Part shown: piece by piece, positions 61,933 to 64,000 of the stretch | Numbering within the stretch: position 1 is the stretch's first letter | Layout: the number at the start of each line of letters is the position of its first letter | NCBI RefSeq assembly: GCF_902459465.1 | Contig: NC_047072.1 | Span: forward strand, 372,001-436,000 | DNA length: 64,000 nt | Origin: Asterias rubens | Taxonomy: Eukaryota | Reading direction: 5' to 3' | The notes under the pieces: model-generated | The model's database searches: none | Seen by the model: only the letters and a program-made list of their open reading frames with translations | What the model was told of the DNA's origin: nothing | Made by a program: the position numbers and the translations under genes

Positions 61933-63361
61933 CTTTTGAAATCAATACGAAGTGTCTAAGCTTCTTTATTGTTGCTCCATTCACCTAAAAGTAGGAAATG
62001 ATTTTATAGTTAGAAGGAAATAATAAGGGTTTTCTTCGATGGTTTTTGAGAAATCATCAGTGAGCTGGGAATTGAGCTCACTTTGCAAAACATTTGCTGG
62101 ATTAAATCGAACCTTTCCTGGAATATGTATACAAAATAAATCTTGAAGAATACTTGTAGTCAATATTCATTGTATTATGTGTATAAACAGTGCATATGTG
62201 TATATTTTTATAGAGTACTTTCTTGAATTGTTTTTAAGATTTATTGTTCAGCACATTTTTTAACAAAAATATATTGGAACTTCGCTATGAATTAATGAAT
62301 TATTAGTATAATTGTATGGATAGTATTTGTGGTTTACGTTCACTGTCTAAAACAATATAAATTGGTAAGTAAATACCGAAACATTACCAGAGTAAACAAG
62401 GAAATCTAAAATAAATGCACTCAAATCTGGGGAGCCCACCACACGCAGAATCTTAATTTGCAAATCATTTCTTTGCAAATCGATTTTGGATTGTTCAGGT
62501 TTCTTCATCGTTCATCCACGCACCTTGAAGACGAACGTGATGGTATTCTAGATCTCTTTCTGAATTGATAAAGAGCTTCATGAGTCAAGGGGAATTGTAA
62601 GACATGAGAAAGGAGTTATTTATGTAAATTTCACCTTGACATTTTAACTCCCAGTCGGGAACATAACTCCGCGGGTGCTTTATCAAATAGACTGAGGTTC
62701 TATTTATGAGACGAGACGGCGAGGTGGACTTATAATTTGTCTTTACCTTGAGAAAGGAGTAAGTGGTTGTAATATTAATCGAAATGTAGAATGTATTTTC
62801 AGAGAATAATATTGACCAATAACACCCCAAATGATTTGGTGTTGTCGTTTTTTTTATTAATTTATTTTATTAATGAAATAAATTGATAATAAATAAACAT
62901 AAATGCATAAATAAAATAACAAAAACAGATAATAAACTAATAAATAGATAAATAAATAATAATCTAAGACTCTAGGTCCGAGCTAACCAAAACATTCAGA
63001 TTATAAAATAAACGAACATTGGTATAGATTCGAGAAAGTTGTATGCTTTTGTTTAAGGAATTACACAAACAATTAGCATATGGTTGTTAGAAAGCTTATA
63101 AATTAAATATGAATTATTGCCGGGGATCTCAATAATATCTCAAGTTCATCAGCCAGTTGCAGAAATGTTTGCATTGTCCATATACAGCACACGCGAATGT
63201 TTTCGTATATTTTGTTTCGTTTTAAAACATCACCTTCTGTCAAATTTGTAAAAAAAAAAAAATCCCTAAAAATCAGCCTTCTTCTGCCCATGTCACTTCT
63301 GTTGGCGAGTTCTTTTAAACAAATTGTTTTCTAGAAAAAATTGAGAGCCGTGTGTATAAAA

Positions 63362-63741
63362 TTAAAGGCAGTGGACACTATTGGTAATTACTCAAAATAT
63401 TTATTAGCATAAATCCTTTCTTGGTGACGAATAATGGGGAGAGGTTGATGGTATAAAACATTGTGAGAAACGGCACTCTCTGAAGTGCCATAATTTTCGA
63501 GAAAGAAGTAATTTTCCACGAATTTGATTTCGAGACCTCAGATTTAGAACTTGTGGTCTCGAAATCTACCATCTAAACGCACACAACCTCGTGCGACAAG
63601 GGTGTTTTTTTCTTTCATTATTATCTCGCAAGTTCGATGACCGATTGATCTCAAATTTTCACAGGTTTGATTATTTTATGCATGTTGAGATACACCAACT
63701 GTGAAGGCTAGTATTTTACCAATAGTGTCCACTGCCTTTAA
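63362..63741. mobile_element. Family A MITE
   Basis: TIRs and TTAA TSD. Confidence 0.9.
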
Positions 63742-64000
63742 TATCTAAAGAAATATCGCCAACACTTGATGTGCCACAAGAAACAACAAAATATGCTTTC
63801 CGGGCTCATTGTAAAAAACCGACATCAGTCACTGAAATTCTTAACGAAGCTTAAAAACTCCACCCTCGGTATAACTCCATCCCCTGTGTTTCTTTGGCCG
63901 AAATTCAGATGTAATCCTTTTCAAAATTATTATATTTCATATCAATTGTACGCCCTATACATTTGTCCTTATTTTGTATTTTGTGTTTCTCTGTCCTTCC

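Noticed and set aside
61981-62163. Minus-strand 60-aa ORF followed by AATAAA, a possible last exon of a neighbouring gene
   Set aside because: No recognisable domain or upstream exon found; AATAAA is frequent in this AT-rich region.

Overview
Eukaryotic (animal) genomic DNA containing a cluster of eight alpha-tubulin genes in mixed orientation (+,+,+,-,-,-,+,+). The GT-AG introns, intron positions and repeat content fit an invertebrate deuterostome; a sea star is my inference, not verified. Genes 2-8 are complete in the window, each with an ATG-only exon 1, a 223-nt exon 2 and a long exon 3 (450-451 aa, ending ...EEY). Gene 1 lacks exon 1 in the window. It is a divergent isotype with an altered K40 loop, a C-terminal ...QEF, and an extra intron at the vertebrate intron-3 position. 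An orphan ATG|GTAAGC downstream of an RFX X-box near 61 kb may be exon 1 of a ninth gene. Intergenic DNA and introns are packed with short non-autonomous TIR elements: 21 copies of a TTAA-flanked Kolobok-like MITE, several Harbinger-like MITE families (some nested), SINE and LINE fragments, and mini/microsatellites. There are two assembly gaps. The most interesting signals are patchy gene conversion homogenising tubulin bodies while tails, introns and promoters diverge; a ghost paralogue in which a promoter motif is fused directly to a 3' flank; and a near-perfect 81-bp-arm hairpin insertion with a 14-bp target duplication. No transposase, rRNA, genuine tRNA or CRISPR array is supported. Residue numbers follow standard alpha-tubulin numbering; identity counts were made by hand.
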